A stretch of DNA of 64,000 nucleotides from Microthyrium microscopicum (lineage: Eukaryota), in contig MU004232.1 in assembly GCA_010405405.1 (NCBI GenBank), positions 1,817,481-1,881,480 of the forward strand, written 5' to 3'. Shown piece after piece: positions 34,996 through 48,751 of the stretch. The notes below the pieces were generated by a model. That model ran no database searches. It was not told the origin of the DNA and was given only the letters and a program-made list of their open reading frames with translations. The translations under genes were made by a program, and so were the position numbers. Within the stretch, counting starts at the first letter, position 1. Every line of letters starts with the position of its first letter.

Positions 34996-35857
34996 TCATT
35001 GTCGCTGGTACGTGACCTTGAGCGGCTGTGGCGAGTCACCCAATGTCATATTAGCCATGCGCTCCTTTGCACTAATCGCGCCCGCCTCGGCCTGATATTC
35101 GACGAATGCAATACCTTTGCGACCTGGTACCAGCCGCACTTCCCGGAAGCCTTCGAATCTGCCGAATAGTGCAGATAGACTGTCCACATCGTAGTCGTCG
35201 GGAACGTTCTGCACGAACAATGTCTTGTTTGGTGGGAGGTATTCGTCCGGAATGACAGCTGCTGCTCCGCCAGTCGACTTGAGACCAGCACGCTTGATGG
35301 GGCGCGCTGCTGCTGGGGCGGCTTCAGCTTCTGTGCCGGTGGGACGTTTGAGTTTTGTTTGTTCGCTCTTGGCTGCTTCGGTAGCTTGCTTGCGCTCTGG
35401 CTTAAGGTTAGTATGGCTCACAAATCGCCAAATGGTGGGCAGACGGACCTTTCTCTGCTAGTCGGTGGCGCTTGTGTAGTTCAAACTCCTTTTCATCGCC
35501 AGTAGCTTGTACGACTGCGTCGCTACGTGCGCGCGCAAATTCTAGCACCATGGGCTTGTCGAAGAGGGGGAAGCCTTGAACATCTTCAAGGGCTTGTGCT
35601 GCTGCGGATTCGGATTCGAAGACGACGAAGGCCTGGCCTTTGCGCTTGACGCTTTGCTTTGCGATTATGTCTAGCACTTTGCCGTAGGGGGAGAAGATTG
35701 TTTCGAGGTGGGATTTGAGATGGTCTATGGGGGCGCGCTCTTCGAGATTGTGTACATATAATCTGATATCGTTAGTGGAGTTTGAGTCTAGGTTGAGGAA
35801 CTGGTACGTTTGGTTTGGTGGCATGGGCCGCGGGGCGGGTACTTTTACTGGTGCCAT
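34996..35857 (-). CDS. U1A/U2B''-family snRNP protein (two RRMs); 2 introns
   Basis: PPNQT/LYVHNLEE, KRKGQAFVVF, QGFPLFDKPM, YLPPNKTLFVQN, FEGFREVRLVPGRKGIAFVEY. Confidence 0.92.
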
Positions 35858-36516
35858 TATGGAGGTATCTTGTGCAAGAAAATCAAGTCCAGGTTATACT
35901 CTTTCGGTAATTGTGTGTATAGAATGTAGCTTTAGGACAGGTGAGGATGCCAAGACATGGGATCCAAAACACAGAAGATGAAGCTTAGCTTAGTCATCCA
36001 GAACTTTTAACTACATCTCTTCTTAGATATCGCTCCCGACTTCCTCCCTTGCAAAAAGCTATCGTGAGATAGACCGCTCATTTGACCAATAGCATTGCCA
36101 TGATCTACCTCAATCCTCAAGCAACTTGGACCCACCTTTGTGGAGAAACAGATGATGTCGCCACCGAAACTAGCAGTTTCCGACGTCAATCGCGAAAACC
36201 TTCGCCCAGAATGGATACATTCCTTCACGATAGACCCCACCTCCTGCCATATATAATCCAAGCAAGCATTGCTAGCACGTATCAATTAGTAAGCTCTTCT
36301 GCATCCGCCCTGACGTGACTCACTGCCTGATCCATTGAATATTGTGAGCTGGCAAAGACAACAGTGAAAAGAGAAGAGAAGAGACCATTGTCTTTGAACA
36401 ACACCGTAGCAACTTGCCCTTACTGCCAATGCTTGATAAAGCCTTCGCAGTTCTTCTGCCCTAGTTTTCAAGGTTTTAACATTTTGACATTGCTTTTGTT
36501 GAACGAGAACACAATC

Positions 36517-38025
36517 ATGAGCACTCAAGCTTTCGGAGCCTTCTTCGATGTTGAGTCGGCACCAGTAAAAGGTCCAGAGCTGGCACGAACGAAAGCCTCC
36601 GCGGTTCCCACAGCAGTAGAACTTGAGGAATATACGACTGGAGGTCAATACAATGGACCAGTGGCTCCGATCCATGAAACTGAATCACAATACACATTCT
36701 CTGCCAGAGACACGCCAGGCACCGGAACGCAGACACCGGCTCGATTGAACAACCCAAGTGGAACAATGCCCCCAGGTCAGCATGACGTCTCCTATATTGT
36801 TCCAACCTTCAACGACCCACCCATGAATAAATGGAGAGTCCTTGCTTGCTGTCTCGTTTACTTTACGAACGGCATGAACGATGCAGCGCCCGGCGCGTTG
36901 ATTCCCTACATGGAGAAGCACTATCACGTCGGATATGCCATTGTCTCGCTCATTTTCGTGTCCCAGGCCATTGGCTTCATCGGCGCCGCCTTCTTCAACG
37001 ACGCCCTCAAGAGTAAAATTGGCCAAGCCAAAACGCTCATATTTTCGGAACTCATCAAAGTCCTTGCTTTCACCCTCATCGCCATTACACCCCCATATCC
37101 CGTGGTCGTTGTCGCCTTCTTCCTGCTCGGTTGGGCAATGGCCATCAACCTCGCTTTGATCAATGTCTTCCTCGCCAATCTCGCTGGATCCACCACCATT
37201 CTCGGCCTCTCGCAAGGCATGTATGGCGTCGGCGGCACCATCGGTCCCTTCATTGCGACCACGCTTGTCTCTCACGGCTCAATCTGGTCGCGCTTCTACC
37301 TCATCACTCTCGCCTTCAGCACAGTCGGCGCCGCAGTTGCTGGCATTACCTTCCATGGCATCGAGTCCGAGCCTGGCCAATCACTCCACGCTGCACTAGA
37401 ACGTACCGCAAGCCAACAACGGGCCGCAAACCCGCCCAAACGTACACTCCTAGTCCAAGCCCTGCGCGACCGAGTTACGCCTTTCGGTGCGCTCTTCACG
37501 TTTGCCTATCAAGGAGCCGAAGTTGCTATCAGCGGCTGGGTTATTTCCTTCCTGATCGCCGAACGCGGTGGTGATCCCGCCAAAGTGGGATACGCAACAG
37601 CCGGCTTCTGGGGCGGCATCACGCTTGGCAGATTCACATTGGCCCCGCTCAGCGCTAAGTATGATCAGAAACGATTTATCCATGCGCTCGGTCTGGCAGC
37701 AATAGCATTTCAGCTGCTCGTCTGGCTTGTGCCCAATGTTATTGGTGACTCAGTAGCCGTGGCAATGGTGGGTTTTGTGCTAGGGCCTATTGCACCATGT
37801 AGTGTAGCATACTTTGTGAGGCTGTTGCCGAGAGGCTTGCACACAACTGCGATTGGATTCATTTCCAGTGCGGGAAGCTCAGGGGGTGCAGCGGCTCCGT
37901 TTTTGACGGGTTTGGTTGCGCAGGCAAAGGGAACGTGGGTGCTGCATCCAATTTGTATTGGGTTGTTTGTTCTTATGGGAACTTGCTGGTATTGTCTACC
38001 GACTGTTGAGAAGAGATCGGAGTAG
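36517..38025 (+). CDS. MFS transporter (Bsc6/fucose-permease-like)
   Basis: GMNDAAPGALIPYME, YQGAEVAISGWVISFL, GFWGGITLGR; about 12 TM segments; ATG at 36517. Confidence 0.9.
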   Translation: MSTQAFGAFFDVESAPVKGPELARTKASAVPTAVELEEYTTGGQYNGPVAPIHETESQYTFSARDTPGTGTQTPARLNNPSGTMPPGQHDVSYIVPTFNDPPMNKWRVLACCLVYFTNGMNDAAPGALIPYMEKHYHVGYAIVSLIFVSQAIGFIGAAFFNDALKSKIGQAKTLIFSELIKVLAFTLIAITPPYPVVVVAFFLLGWAMAINLALINVFLANLAGSTTILGLSQGMYGVGGTIGPFIATTLVSHGSIWSRFYLITLAFSTVGAAVAGITFHGIESEPGQSLHAALERTASQQRAANPPKRTLLVQALRDRVTPFGALFTFAYQGAEVAISGWVISFLIAERGGDPAKVGYATAGFWGGITLGRFTLAPLSAKYDQKRFIHALGLAAIAFQLLVWLVPNVIGDSVAVAMVGFVLGPIAPCSVAYFVRLLPRGLHTTAIGFISSAGSSGGAAAPFLTGLVAQAKGTWVLHPICIGLFVLMGTCWYCLPTVEKRSE

Positions 38026-38593
38026 ACGAGGATCTAGCGTTCGTTCAACCTTAGATCATACTGCCTTTACCATGCTGTATAGGCATAACAGGTATGCAAG
38101 GATTGATTGATGCATAACATCGCAAATTCGGTGTGGACACATTCTAGTATAGATAAGAACCCGAGCAGTATGGGTCTCGGGAATCGATATCAGTATTTTT
38201 ATTGAAGACTTGAAAGTCCGTCAGCAAATTCACTCGATAAGGCTGGGATGGCCTTTTCATACTACCCGTAGCGCAATTCTGGACGGCTACGCCCGAGGAC
38301 CCGAACGGGACGATATGTTTAGTCCTCGATTCTGATTGGTCGCCGGTTGACCATAAGGCTGTGATCTACTACAATTGAACAGTCTTCATGGGTTAGCTAA
38401 CGCTGAAACAAGACTTGAAGCATGAGAATATGGGAAGGTTGGTCAGTAAAGCTTTCGATTTGAGCCAGAATCATGTTAATGTCTTGCGACGTTAACCATA
38501 TGATACATAGCAATGAATACCTATGTAAAGTCTTTAGCACTGAAACTCCTCATTCTCCGGGAGTTGTCAAGTCATTATTGTCTTCGCCATCGT

Positions 38594-39945
38594 TCAATCC
38601 ACCTCTTTGCATCCATCTTTCCCGCAATCGAAAGCAGGCACGGGGTTCTCTGTTGCATCAACACTGATACCAAAGTTAAGCCACGCAAAAATGCCATCTT
38701 GCAACTTGTTCCCCAATAGAACATAGTTGAATACCGGGTCAGCCATCCCTTTCGTACCGACATACATATCGCCATCTAGAACGTTCGGCCAGTGTTCATT
38801 TTTGTTGTCGCTGTAAGGGCTGATCTTTGTGACTTCATCGATGAGTGACTGATCAAAGAAGAGCTGTCCGACGTGATTGATAGCACCGCCAGCAATAGTT
38901 TTGTTGGCGAGGATGGTCTGATCACGGTGAGTTATGACTGCAAAGTGATTAGTTATCAAATTTGCAGATAGTTTCTGCGCTGCATTACCATGGAGATGAT
39001 TCGTGCGACCCTTATAATGACCAGGAAAGATCGTGTCAAATCGCACTGAGCCATCTTTATCCGTAATCTGTATGCCGCGAAGTGCTTTGTTTTGGATATT
39101 GGCAGCTTGGCCGGAGGGAATACCATCGACAACTCCAGAATAGACACCCTGTTGGAGTCAATTTCGGCTCGAAGCTATAGCTTAATTTCGTCTTACGGTA
39201 GAGTTGCAACCCCATATCTCAACTGCAGATCCGGTTATAGGTGAGCAGGTCTTGATGTTGATGACCTGGAAATCAAGATGTAGTGTGACACCTGGTTCTT
39301 TCTCTCTGACATCCTTTCGTATATCCTCTCCTGTGACCCCTGATAAATCATTAGTAGTCGAAGCTGAGGACCAGAGATAGAGTGCGAAGCTTACAAAACG
39401 GGCCTAATTCCACCTCAGGATGCCTAACAGTTTGTCAGTAAAGGCTTACATGGCAGGAATTGGAATCTTCTCATGCTCATTAATAACGGGAAACTTACAA
39501 CATAACGGTCTGATTGTCTCCTAATAAGTCCCAATTCGCTGTTTGCCATGAAGAAGCCAAGTTCAGTTTTGAATGATGGTCTTTGGCCAAAACCTCGTCC
39601 CAGGCATATTCCTGGCGCTTATTAAGCCCTGCATTATGTCTGTTAGCGAAAATCTTGACAGTGAAGTTTATTGAATATCAAAGCAAACTTACTGTTGTGG
39701 TTGATTCCTGCTTGCTGCCTAAGATTGATCAAAGTCTCTCGTCGACGAACACTGGCTCTTTTGGCAACTCCCTGAGCAGTAAGCTTGTCTGCACAATGAG
39801 CAAGATCTGTGTGTTTGAGCGAATCCAAGTATCTTCTGCGAAATTGGGCTTCTGCCTGCTTCTCTGAGTTACTTTGTCCTGGATGAGCCACAGCAAAGAG
39901 GCTCAACAACAGAGCAACGACAACGAAGAGGTGGAATTGAACCAT
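38594..39945 (-). CDS. Secreted intradiol ring-cleavage dioxygenase-like protein; multi-exon
   Basis: Signal peptide MVQFHLFVVVALLLSLFAVAHPG; PEVELGPF, GVYSGVV, FDTIFPGHYKGRTNHLH, HVGQLFFDQ. Confidence 0.88.
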
Positions 39946-41549
39946 TTTGCAGCCAAAGAAGCGGAGTGTTAGGAACAAGTATCAGTCAGATTGGAAAGCT
40001 TAGTTGTAATGGTTGAAAGACAACAGAACAATAGTCCGTTAGTCTGGCTTAGTAGATATGAAAGCGCTGAAGTCTTTCGTGTGTTGACTCAGTCTTGGCT
40101 GAATGAGAAATACCGAAAGCTGTGCTTGAGATTTTGGATCTATGTTAGAAATCTAGACAGCAAAGCAACAGTTTATCTATGATAGATTTGGCTCACAATT
40201 CATTCTTCTGCCAGCGCGTTTGCAAACGCTTTGACTTTACAATTTCCACCGGCAAGATTATCTATACGTTGTGTCAAATTAGCTTGAGGTTCCAGTGAAT
40301 GTAATTCCACAATATCTCCCAAGCTCCAGACTAGACATTGAGATTATCTCAATTTGCAAAGAAATTGCCTGAAGGCATGTTAGTCACACTTCAATACTGT
40401 GAAAACACCTTCTGGGTAGGTAGTTGTGTGCAAGGAAAGCTAAGGCGACGGATTTCAGCTCGTCACCTTTGTATTGGGAAGTTTAACTCTCTGAGGCCTC
40501 GACTTGAAAGTAACCCCTTGTTGAAGCAGCACTCTAAGCCTACCTGGTGCGAAGGGGCGTTGGAATTCCTATAACGATTGATTCCTAGTGATTGGTTCCC
40601 AGTGATTAGTTCCTAGCAATTGATATGTACTTCAGCGCTCGAACATGCGAGTGATACCCAAAACTGAGATGTAAGGCTTGGTTATCTCGCAATCTTAGTC
40701 GCAAAATCATACGTCTGAATGTAGCCATGATCATACCAAATCATAGACCAGATCTCATGCGAGCTTCATTAGTGACAGTGAAGCTCGCGGAAAACACTCC
40801 CATCTCACCTACTAAGTTCATAGCTTGTTTGATTACACCTGAACATCAAGTTATAATCTTCCTCCGTTTGCTGTCGACGAAGATATGTTCCTGCCATAAA
40901 GCATTCGTCAACTGAATGATAGCAATTATAGTCGAAGAGTATCTCATTTCCTCAGGCTCAGTAATTTCCTGAAGCGGCAATCCCCTTCTTACCCCTTTGT
41001 GCGTTGGTAGCCACTTCTCATCATATGTAGTACCACCCAGATTGTATCGAGAAATTATGCGCTCTAGCGTGTCTTACGGAATATGCCCCAATCATGGAGC
41101 ATGTGCCTCATACGTTCATACTCCAAGTTATGATCGTATAGAATCAGCTGGGGAATTAAAGGTTATCACCTCTGGACATTTCATTCTGCGCAGATTGGAG
41201 ATACATTCGGAAACAATCGCTGTCAGATACTCAGAAAGCTAAGGTTTGCATCATTTTCTACCGTTTGGTTTGCTAGTCTCAAGGAGTTAGCAAGGTTAAT
41301 GGAAGCACACCAGCTATCTTGTCTATCGTTTGGATGCTCTGTGTAAATTGAACAGCGGATGAAGCACAGTATATGCTGGGTATAGATACAGCCTCCCAGT
41401 ATCGCCGTTCATCGTGTAAAGGGTGACAAAACTACGATCCAAATTAAAATATTTATTATGCTATTACTGTTAGATAGGTATATAACTCAGAACTCCAATG
41501 CACATGTGTTGCTAAGATATGCAAATGTAACGCTAACAAGGAAACCGAA

Positions 41550-43239
41550 TCAGTCCTTGTTCATGACGAATTGACTTCTTTTCCTCAAATCATAACCATA
41601 CTTGTGTAGCAAAAACGGTCCAGGAGTGAGCAGAGCTGAGATACAGCCTAGAAACGTCAAGGTCCAGTGCACCCCGATACCCTCAAACATCGGCCTGGCC
41701 GCCATGACCATCCCGCCTGCAATCAAATATCTCATCATTGTGATACTAGCCAGTGCAACGGCCGCATGGTCTCCATAGCTGTCAATGATGTATTCATACG
41801 AACTGACATACATCGCTATCAAAACATTGCCAAACACAAAACAAGCTGCGAGGCCTGACCAGATTGATATGTTGGGATCATTGGTCCAGCCAAGCCAGAA
41901 CAGTGATATCGGTAGGAAGGGAGCGGCATAGATCGCTGGCCAGAGGCAGAACTCTGGCGTGACTGGAGCTCCATGGACATGTTGGGTGCGATTGCGTGTC
42001 CAATTGTATAGCCATGGGACCGTGAGCATGAAAGTGGTCGCTCCGACGGCAAGTGAGGCAAAGCAACTTCCATACATTCCGTCGGAGAGATTGTAGGTGT
42101 TTTTGAAAATGTATTCGAAACCAGAGAGGAAGGTAAAAAGGAGGATGTAGAGTAAAACAAGATAAGCTCCGAGGACAGCTATTACTGGTTCGATGAGAAA
42201 GTGTCTGGAGAGGGTGATATTACTTTTGAAACCTTTCAGGAGGGAAGGCTTTTCGGCGTGTTTCGAGACGTATCGATCGTCGCCTGTAGATTTTCGTAGA
42301 TGCTTTGCTTTCCAGTCCAGTAGCAGGGGAAGGTAGGTTTCTGGGAGAAATACAAGTGCCAGTAAGAAAGCTGCGGCCGAGATGATAAGTAGGACCCATT
42401 CCATCCATCGCCAATTAAGGTTTGGATTTGAAAGTATCCAACCGCCGATGATAGGTGCGATAACAGGAGCTACACTTAAGTGTTAGAGAGGATGCTTCTC
42501 TCAGGCATGTAGTAGACTTACGAGCCACATTCACCCAGGCGATGAAAGGAAAGACAAAAGAAGTTTTCACGGGCCGAAACTGATCCTTGACGCTTGCGCC
42601 GTTGATACCCAGTGTTGCACTGGCAAAGAGTCCAACAAAGTATCGACAAATGTACATTCCAACAGCATTTTTGGTAAGTGCTGTGCCTAATACGAAGAAG
42701 AGGTAGAAGAATGTCGATATCAAGTACGTCGGATTCCGTCCTAGAGTTTCTGACAAGGGACCAACAAACAGACAGCCAGATCCAATACCAAATAAATACA
42801 AGGCAGTCGACAGATTCTGGGTAACTTTTCCAACGTGGAATTCTTGGCTTGCCTTGGTGTTTGCGATAGAATCAGCAGCACCAGCCCATGCTTGAGTGAA
42901 GATGAGAAGACCGAGGATGATGATGTTTTTGGCTCTAGAGGTCAGTGGCCAATTCCGAGGATCAAAGTCATCATCATCTCCTGTTGTCTCGACGACAATA
43001 TGGCCTGTATCTGGGTCCGGTGTGCCATTAGGTGTCTGCTCTGGGGATTCGAGCGCTCTACCAGCCTCTGCTTCATCGTCATTTGAGATTTGACCTTTAT
43101 CAGGAGTGTTCCTAGATTCTTCGAGTCGGCTTGGGTTAAGAGACCTATCTGAGTTATAGACGTTTCGATTGCCGCCACGATTGCGGGCTCGAGAAGAGGC
43201 AGAAGCGCCTATGTTTCTGTATTGCACATAGGACCACAT
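41550..43239 (-). CDS. MFS drug:H+ antiporter (DHA1 family); 1 intron
   Basis: DPRNWP, GPLSETLGRNP, LPETYLPLLL, EPV, YIIDSY...ALAS. Confidence 0.92.
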
Positions 43240-43988
43240 TGGAATTACCAGATTACTGGTGAAAAGAGGTTATTCCGAATTTTCAGTGGCAGCGATTCGA
43301 AGATGATGCAATTGTTGACATAGTCGAGGGTCGCGTGCCCCATTGCCTTATCTGGTATAGACTGATAAGATGTACATGCAGATTGACTTCAACTAGCAGC
43401 GACGATCTTGTATCTGACAGGGGCCTACATCGTAACGCAATTTCCTCGATTGGACTTGATATGAAATTGTTTCTTGTACTACCTCATTCTACGAGGTAAA
43501 ATCACTGTACATGCCATAGCAAGTGAAGAGCCAATATAAATAATGTCCCATCGATTTTGCTTGCTCTTGAGTCTTGTCTACCACGCTCGATTACCAATGC
43601 GTTCATTCCCATTATATAGATGAAAAATAAGGTGAATCATTGGCGTCGGCAGCAAATAGAGTACATTGTCTTTAGTGAAGAAATACACTAGACTAAGAGT
43701 ACAGTACTTATGAGCTTGCGGTTAGTAGTACGCGATTTTGACACATCGCGCCGGCTGGACTTATAATGACGCATTGATATGGAGTCAATTGTTGATGAAT
43801 TCATACAATTGGACTTTTCACTAGTGATCACTACTTTCATGTACAAAGTGACCATTCCTGTGTGACCGACTCCCAACTACGTTTGTGGAGATCGAATCGT
43901 GAAGATCAAGTCTGGCCATCTCGCATTTGGTCACTTCCAGATGGCTTCACGGTCTGCGACAGAAATAGCGACTAGTGCCCTTAGAACA

Positions 43989-45265
43989 TCACCACGTTGA
44001 TGCTACCTCAGGATACTCTTTGTGGCTGATCTTGAGGTCGTCGAAGATGGTATCGTCCCCTATAGTAAATGAGTATTTCGACGGTACCCAAGGGAAAATT
44101 GTCAAGGCTTACCAGAGATCTTGTGGACACGGTGAGCATCCTCGTCAGCCAGATCGCCAAGGTCTTCCTCCTCTTCTTTCTCACCGTTGCCAGGAGACGG
44201 CGCTGCATTTTCGGCCTGACTCGTTTCATCTCCATGGCCGATGAGCAGAACCTGAGCGTTATCATAGTCCAAAAGCTCTGGCTTCTGAACTGGAATCCAA
44301 GCATAGTTACCGAACTCGTCTAACAGCCTACAGCAAAGTTAGCGCTGGGAGCAGCAACGATTGGACGTCTTAGAAACTAACTCCTTGGGATACTTCGCCT
44401 TCTCTGGCAAACGCGCCTGTGCAGGACCCTTTCGTTCAGGATTCTTCACGCTTACTTGGAAGCTACCCTTTGACTGCAGACCAAGCTCACGCTGAACCTC
44501 GTCAATCTCGCTCGGAATGGTGAGGTAGTACGTCAGGTACGAAGTCCTCTCGATCTGCGTAATGGAGTAGACTCCCTCTGCGACGGGCATGATCGGCTGT
44601 TGATGTCTAGTTCCACTCGTCTGGGTCGTGTACTCTGAGCCCGGAAAGAAGTTCTCTCTTAGATCGGCCACAGTTGCTGCACCCTTTTCCACAAAAGCCA
44701 TGTATTTTTCGTTGTGGTGTTTTGGGAATACTTTCTTGGGTAAAGCAAACAGCCGGCTGTTACCATTGTCTTTTTTCAGCTCATCCTCGAGCTTCACGTC
44801 TTGCGGAATTGGGCGAAGAACGAAGTAGCTTCTCTGTAGGTCTTTCACGCTATGCGGATTTTCTAGATCGACACGAGAACGGGTGAAGAAGTAGACGACG
44901 CCCTTTTCAATCAAAGTAGAGGTAGGTGTCTGTTCATCGTTGCTTTTGGCGTCAGGCTTCTGTTTGGTCGGTTTGCTTTTCGAGACTGATGGTTTAGAAG
45001 CTGCCGGTTTGGTAGCCTTCTCCTTCTGCGTGAGTTTGGATTTGGCGGGCTCATCGGTTTCCATCTCAGATTTGGTCTGCTTCTTTGCCGGCTTGTCGTC
45101 TTTCTTCTGGCGCTTGACAGGCTCATCTGCTGCTTTGTCGTCCTTCTTCTGTCGTTTGGCCGGCACGAGCTTAGATTGCTCTCCAGGTTTTGCCTTTCTC
45201 ACTCGTAGCTCAACTAGAAAGCGTAAGATAGTTGCCCATTATGCTGATATGGTTTGCTTACCCAT
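43989..45265 (-). CDS. Conserved fungal hypothetical protein (Lys-rich N-terminus); 4 exons
   Basis: LIEKGVVYFFTR, RLFALPKKVFP, SVKNPER, IFDDLKI...YPEVASTW*; 4-nt first coding exon ATGG followed by GTAAGC. Confidence 0.8.
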
Positions 45266-45978
45266 GGTTTCCTGCAGTGACTGATATTGAGTTAATTTGC
45301 TGAAGTCTTTTTGAACGGGGACTTGATGGAGTGGGTGTTATGAGCATGACCAGAGGCACGGATGAGGCTGAAAATTGACATCACAATTGACCATTGACGT
45401 CACGACTCTCGATCGCGTCCCAAAGAGGAAAGAACGCGTGAAGGACGCGATCATAACCAGCTGCCGTGTACACACGTTCTTTTTTAGGCCTTTCTGGAAA
45501 GCTGGCGATAAAGTTGATTCAAGGTGTTTTTCATGGCGAATGCATACGAGAAATGCTTAATTTGACTCGTTGGACGGTGGATACCGGCAGTGGTCGATTG
45601 GATGGATGCGAGATTCAGACGCGGCAATTCATGTTTGCAGACATATTCCCCCCATTTTCTATTGTAGTGCCTTTTCACCACAGCAATCCGTATGCTTGAT
45701 TGATAAAGATCGAATCTCTTGCTAGGATTCACAGGGTACTTTGGAAGCGATTGATGATGGAGCGTATATTGATGCTTAGTAAGCATTCTCTAACTTCACC
45801 TCTTGTCGAAGCAGGCGATCTGGCGTGACTTGTACAGTTTAGATACGCAGTCGGCAAGAACGCGTTTATCATAAATGAGATCTAGTCGTTCAGAATGCTA
45901 TCCGGGTCTTACAGTCTCGAACCCATGGAGCTTTGATCATGCTATACGTGACTCGTTAAATCATATAAGAGGACCGCC

Positions 45979-48751
45979 ATGGGGCTCATTCGATTCCTCG
46001 TACAATCGGTTAATCTCTGGACACCAAACCTTCCAATAGATCATAACATGTCAAAGCCGACAGTCCAGTTCTCTCAATCATGGGACGTTCTAGCCCCATT
46101 CCAGATAGGCACCAGAGGTACCTCTCCCTAGCTCAACCTTCAACCCTTTCAGCCATACTAACAGCCATACCAGAAGCTTCATGGGGCGCGGACCCGCTCG
46201 AATATCACGGCGGCTTCTCTTCACTCAAGCCCAGCTCCAGCGCCACATTCCCCAGCGCACTAGGCAAAGATGGACGAGCTCGCTGGTCGCGCTTCGATGC
46301 CAAGAGCATCACATCAAGCGGTAATGCATCCAAAGCCTTCCTCGATATCAACCTTCCTGATGCTGCAGACTGGAAGTTTCTGCAGCAGGTGTATGGCTGG
46401 GCAGGCATGCAATGGCAAGGCTGGATGCGTGGAGAACTGACTGTGCAAGCGAAGACCGAGGGAGAGGTCACTGTGCTGATCTACGCAGAGAACGCGCTAG
46501 AGTTTGTGGTTGATGGCAAGCGTTACTTTGGCGGGGACTTCTTTGCGTACCGACGGGCGCCGGCGGTACTGAAGTTGAAGGCTGGGACGCATGTGGTGGA
46601 TGTGAGATTGGTGAGGGATGTGCGGGCCATGGGAGGCGTGGGAGAGCCGAGTATACAGATCAAAATGGAAGCGAAGGTTGCGAGGGATGAAGGGTTGGAG
46701 ATTGGGGAGGTTTTGATGCCAGATGTTGTTGCGGGGAAGTTTGCGAGCGGGTTTGGCAGTGTGACGGTGACGAATTCAGGGGAAGAGTGGGTGGATGTTG
46801 AGGTTTCAGCTAATGATGTGAGCGATCCTGATGTCGGTGGAATGAGGTTTGCTGACTGCTGTTTTAGGTACAAATCTCCTCAATTGATGAGCCTGAGAGT
46901 CAGAAAGCGCCGCTTACTCGACTTGCACCTGGGCAGACTCGACCTTTAGTATTTCATGCCGCCCTCCAGGATAAAGCCCTCCAGGAGGTGTTTTTTACAC
47001 TTGCTTCAAAGTCGCTTCAGTCGGGTAAAACGTCCAGTGTTAATGTCACCAAGAAGCTGATTCATGCTTCGATTTATGCTCCGCATAAGATCACATATCT
47101 CCATCAAAGTGGAATAGTCTCCTATTCAATTCTTCGTCCGCCATCCAAGAATGCCACTTGCTCTGCTGGCCAGCAATCGGCGCCAATTATGCTCTTCCTG
47201 CACGGAGCAGGCATAGATGCAGACAATCCAGCCGTCAAGGAAACCCTGGAAGCCGCGCCGAATTTGTGTGCCTGGTCTATCTTTCCCAGCGGTGTCACCA
47301 GCTGGTGTGGTGACGATTGGCATACATGGGGATATATGGACGTTGAAAGCACGATAGCTGCTGTGAAGGTATGGACCAAGGACCACGCATGGGAAGGCAT
47401 TGGAGTCGACACCGAAAAGCGTCTCATTGGCGGCCATTCGAACGGTGGCCAAGGAGCATGGTGGGCACTCACGCACCATCCAGGCAAGATTATTGGAGGC
47501 GCGCCTCTATCTGGCTACATGTCGATCCCGCTTTATGTTCCAACAACGCTGTGGCGTCCGGCAGACCCCTCGAAAAAGGCAGCGGTAGACTTTGCGATAG
47601 CATCGTACCGGAATGAGCTGCTGGCGGCGAATTTCGCAGGCATACCAATTATGCAACAGCACGGGGGCTCAGATGATAACGTCCCTGTATATCATTCGTC
47701 ACTAATGTATCAGCTCATCAACGAGACTGGTACATCAAGCGACTATGATGTCCTTGAAGGCAAACCGCATTGGTGGGATGGAATAGCCACTGAGACCAAT
47801 CTTCAGAAATTCTATAACAAAGTTTTGGCCAATCCTCGAATCCCGACTCTGCAGGAGGTGGAACATTTCGAGATTATTGCGGCTGACCCTGGCGAAATGA
47901 GTGGCAGGTTTGGCATCAGAGTCTTGTATTTGCAAGAGCAAGGACGGCTTGGGAAGTTGAAAATCAGCCGGAACAAGATACGCAATACATGGCGCTTTGT
48001 ACCAGAGAATATTATGGTGATGGAGATTGAGGCCGACTCGGGAATTGGCAGTGTGCTCATTGAGGACTTTTCTACCCCGGAGGATCGAGAATTTGAGAAG
48101 AGTGGCGGCAAGAGAGTCTTTCGACGACAGCGCGAATCTGGTGTATGGACAGTTTCTACCGATCCAGCGTATCCTCCAACTCGGGCGCTCGATCAATTCG
48201 GTGGTCTAACGGCAATACTGCGTGGTCCAAAGCAGCCCTTCATTATTCATGCGGTTAACGACATGCTGTTCGATCTTGCATTGCAAGTCTCCCGGAACCT
48301 CAACAACTACCTTGCTGCCAACACAGACATCAAAACACCTTCCAGCGGTAATCGATCAACCCCCAATGGACACAAGATCACTCTAGCCCTTGGATCGGAG
48401 CTTCCACCAGTTGACTTTCAATTTCCCGAGGGTGTAGAGTTTCCAGTTCGCGTCAGTCCGCGGAATAGCTCTCATCTGGAATTTCGGTCCCCTTCTGGCC
48501 GATGGCGACCTGCGGTCCCAGATCAAGGGGAGGTGGGTGCAATATTTCTCCGGCCAAGCAAGCAGCATGGCTTGGAACTGGTGATTTGGGGATCGAATCT
48601 TGGACTGGCTGAACAAGCCGCTCGCCTCGTGCCAATGATCACTGGGACAGGTCAACCGGACTGGATATTATGTCAGAAAGAGATGAAGTGGAAAGGACTT
48701 GATGGTTGCGAAGTTGGCTGGTTCAATGCTTGGTGGGAGATTCAAGAATGA
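45979..48751 (+). CDS. Alpha/beta-hydrolase (peptidase S9-like) with N-terminal extension; 2 introns
   Basis: SWDVLAPFQIGTR/EASWGADPLE, LHGAG, WCGDDWHTWG, GHSNGGQG nucleophile elbow, QQHGGSDDNVP, HWWDG. Confidence 0.88.

Noticed and set aside
30404..35857. Splicing gene cluster (SYF1 plus U1A/U2B'')
   Set aside because: Two genes separated by VMA8 in a gene-dense region; compatible with chance.
22154..43239. Aromatic-catabolism or secondary-metabolite cluster (ARO7, M20, dioxygenase, MFS)
   Set aside because: Interspersed with housekeeping genes; no backbone enzyme or pathway regulator.
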